Shown here: positions 61,819 through 64,000 of the stretch, in pieces
How the letters are laid out: each line of letters opens with the position of its first letter
Position numbering within the stretch: the first letter of the stretch is position 1
From: Anolis carolinensis
Lineage: Eukaryota
Assembly (NCBI RefSeq): GCF_035594765.1
Contig: NC_085842.1
Coordinates: forward strand, 263,113,749-263,177,748
DNA length: 64,000 bases
Reading direction: 5' to 3'
Notes under the pieces: generated by a model
What the model was told of the DNA's origin: nothing
The model's database searches: none
What the model saw: only the letters and a program-made list of their open reading frames with translations
Position numbers and translations under genes: made by a program

Positions 61819-64000
61819 TACTATCATCTGAGGCTGAGAGAGTGTGACTAGCCCAATGTCACCACTAGGTTTCTATGTCTGAGAGGATTTCCTCAGAGTT
61901 CTAGTACCACACTCAAACCACCACACAACATTTACAATTACATATATTTTAGCATGTGCCATAACAAACATTTCCTAACTCGATACTTGGGAAGCTTCAA
62001 CTGGAAGGTAGAAATTGGACAAAGCTGTCTCATTTCTGTCACAGCATGGAGATTTGGGCCAATATGTACTGTTTCAGTGAGACTTAAGGCTTTTTCCATT
62101 CATAATGCTGCTGGCAATAGCGGGTTTGGAAACTGATATGGAAAAGTTACATTTTGAACGATAGCTTCTGGATTCCTCCAAATAGGATGGAAACTAACCA
62201 GTGCCAGGCTGACTGGGAGATTCTGGAGCTTGCAGTCAATTTCTGTTTGGAACCTTGGGGTCATATTCCTCATCAGATTCACACAACTCCAAGATAATCA
62301 GCCAGGATGAATTCAAGTTTAAGAATCTACCAATGTTCTATAAGTATTAATTAAAATCATGGGCATCTCTGACCGTGTCTCCCCCTTCCCCCCACCCCTT
62401 TTAAAACAGATACCTGTACAAAAATTAAAAGTATGGCTAACTATCAATAAAATTTAAACAAACCATTTAATTCATTTAAACAGTTGAAACAAAAAGATAT
62501 TTAGCTGCCTAATAACGTATAACAAGAATGGTGCCAATTTTAACCCCTCTGAGGAGTCTGGGAGAAGACCTTATGTGTACAGAATTGTGGTGCAATAATT
62601 TTTATTCATGCATTTCAAAATTGCTTTCTAATTCTGAATGGTTTTCAATTGTTCAATGATGTTCTGAAATTTTGTCCTTTTAAAAAAATCTGTGTATCTG
62701 TAATGTTTAACTACACCTGTAAAACTTCCATATATTTTTTTTGGATGTCAGTTCTGGGATAAAAGCAGGACACAAGTCAAGTAAAAAATTAAAGCTCTTA
62801 TTGTTGAAAAAGTTTCTTGTCTTCATAATAATTAAAGCCCCCAAATTTCATTGTTATTTATTCTTTTTCATGCCATATCTTAGAAAAGGAGGCAGTCAGT
62901 ATAATTATACATCTAGATTTTATCGTCATTTCTAGAAAACATTCTCTGAGGTTTCCTTTACAGTTCTTATTTGCATTACATAAATACTTCACTGCTATGT
63001 TTACAATTTTGATTGAAAGAAGTAAAATGTATACAAGGTACCTCTTTCACCCAAACTATAAACATGGTGATGAATTTTTCATGTAATGCAAAACATATGA
63101 TAATGTACCTTATCATAAACAGAACACTTTTTCATTTGCTGACATATTCATGATCCTGGAGGATTAAATGTTGAATCTATCACCCAAGGACAAAAAGTTT
63201 GGAGATTCTCACACCTCAGTTTTGTCTTTACATTAATTCTTCAGCCTGATGATTTTGCTGATTTGGCTTCTTCTGAGAACAATATCGACCAGTTATGCTA
63301 TTTTTTAAAAAAACAATTAATTCCTACACTAAAAAATGAAAGTAGAAGTTGCACAAATTTGAGTAATCCTAGCCCCAATAAACTGTTGTTTGTTATATTT
63401 CTATCCAAAGATACCACACATATATCTCATTTTCTCTATGTATTTTTGCTTACCACAATTCTGTAAACTTTGAGCTAAAAGAAAACTAGAGAGAGTTTCA
63501 AACCTATGAGAGAGCTCCTGCCCCCAGATCATCCCAAGGGTTTACATGAGTGGGAATTTGAACCCAGGTGTGAAGGATCACATCTCCAGTTTGCCTTACA
63601 GTTACAACTTTTCTGTAACTCACCTTGCCTCTTTCCTTGTCTTATTCCCTTCTTGGATTGTATACTTGAGCTCAAGGTGTCCCCAATGTGGACCAGTGGA
63701 TGTGTTGTTCTGTGGCTTCACTGTGGTAAGCATAAGCAGACCTCCTTCCAAACTTAGTTAGAAGAGCTAAACTCAGTTGTAAGAAAATTAAATTAAACAA
63801 GTAGTCATTGGTTAAGACACAGTAAGTTAACACATTAACTCCCGAAGTATCTAATAATTTATGGCACCCCAAAATGCTTTTCAGTTTTTCTCCCTGGTTA
63901 ACTGTCTTAGCCCTATTATAGCTTTTTGTTATCTCTATGACATCTTTCCCCTTATCTGACTTATGTCAGAGACAAGCCCTAGTTTTATCACATTTCTTTC

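Noticed and set aside
49300-64000. Short ORFs of the track in the distal region
   Set aside because: Lengths and composition expected by chance in AT-rich intergenic DNA; no domains recognised.

Overview
Vertebrate, repeat-dense genomic DNA. The repeat families (Sauria SINE, 5S-derived SINE, CR1, R4, RTE, L1, hAT/Tc1/Harbinger-type MITEs) point to a squamate reptile, probably Anolis-like; this is inferred from repeat content only. Main elements: (1) the 5' half of an apparently intact Ty3/Gypsy (Tf1/sushi-type) LTR retrotransposon on the minus strand (1-3726). It has a self-priming PBS, a -1 frameshift cassette with an unusual slippery heptamer and pseudoknot, and an open frame in U3 carrying an HMGN-like RRSARIAA motif. 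(2) The probable promoter (RFX X-box, NRF1, ETS) and first three small exons of an unidentified minus-strand host gene (9341->4089). (3) A full-length but disrupted RTE LINE with a 12-bp TSD and a strongly structured 5' leader (23033-26935). (4) A near-complete L1 whose 5' 3.6 kb is inverted, a twin-priming structure with a 17-bp TSD and only about 2-3 nt lost at the break (41743-48078). (5) Many MITEs and SINEs, several nested. From about 10 kb onward I found no convincing host coding gene. I found no prokaryote-type system, CRISPR array or intact tRNA/rRNA gene.
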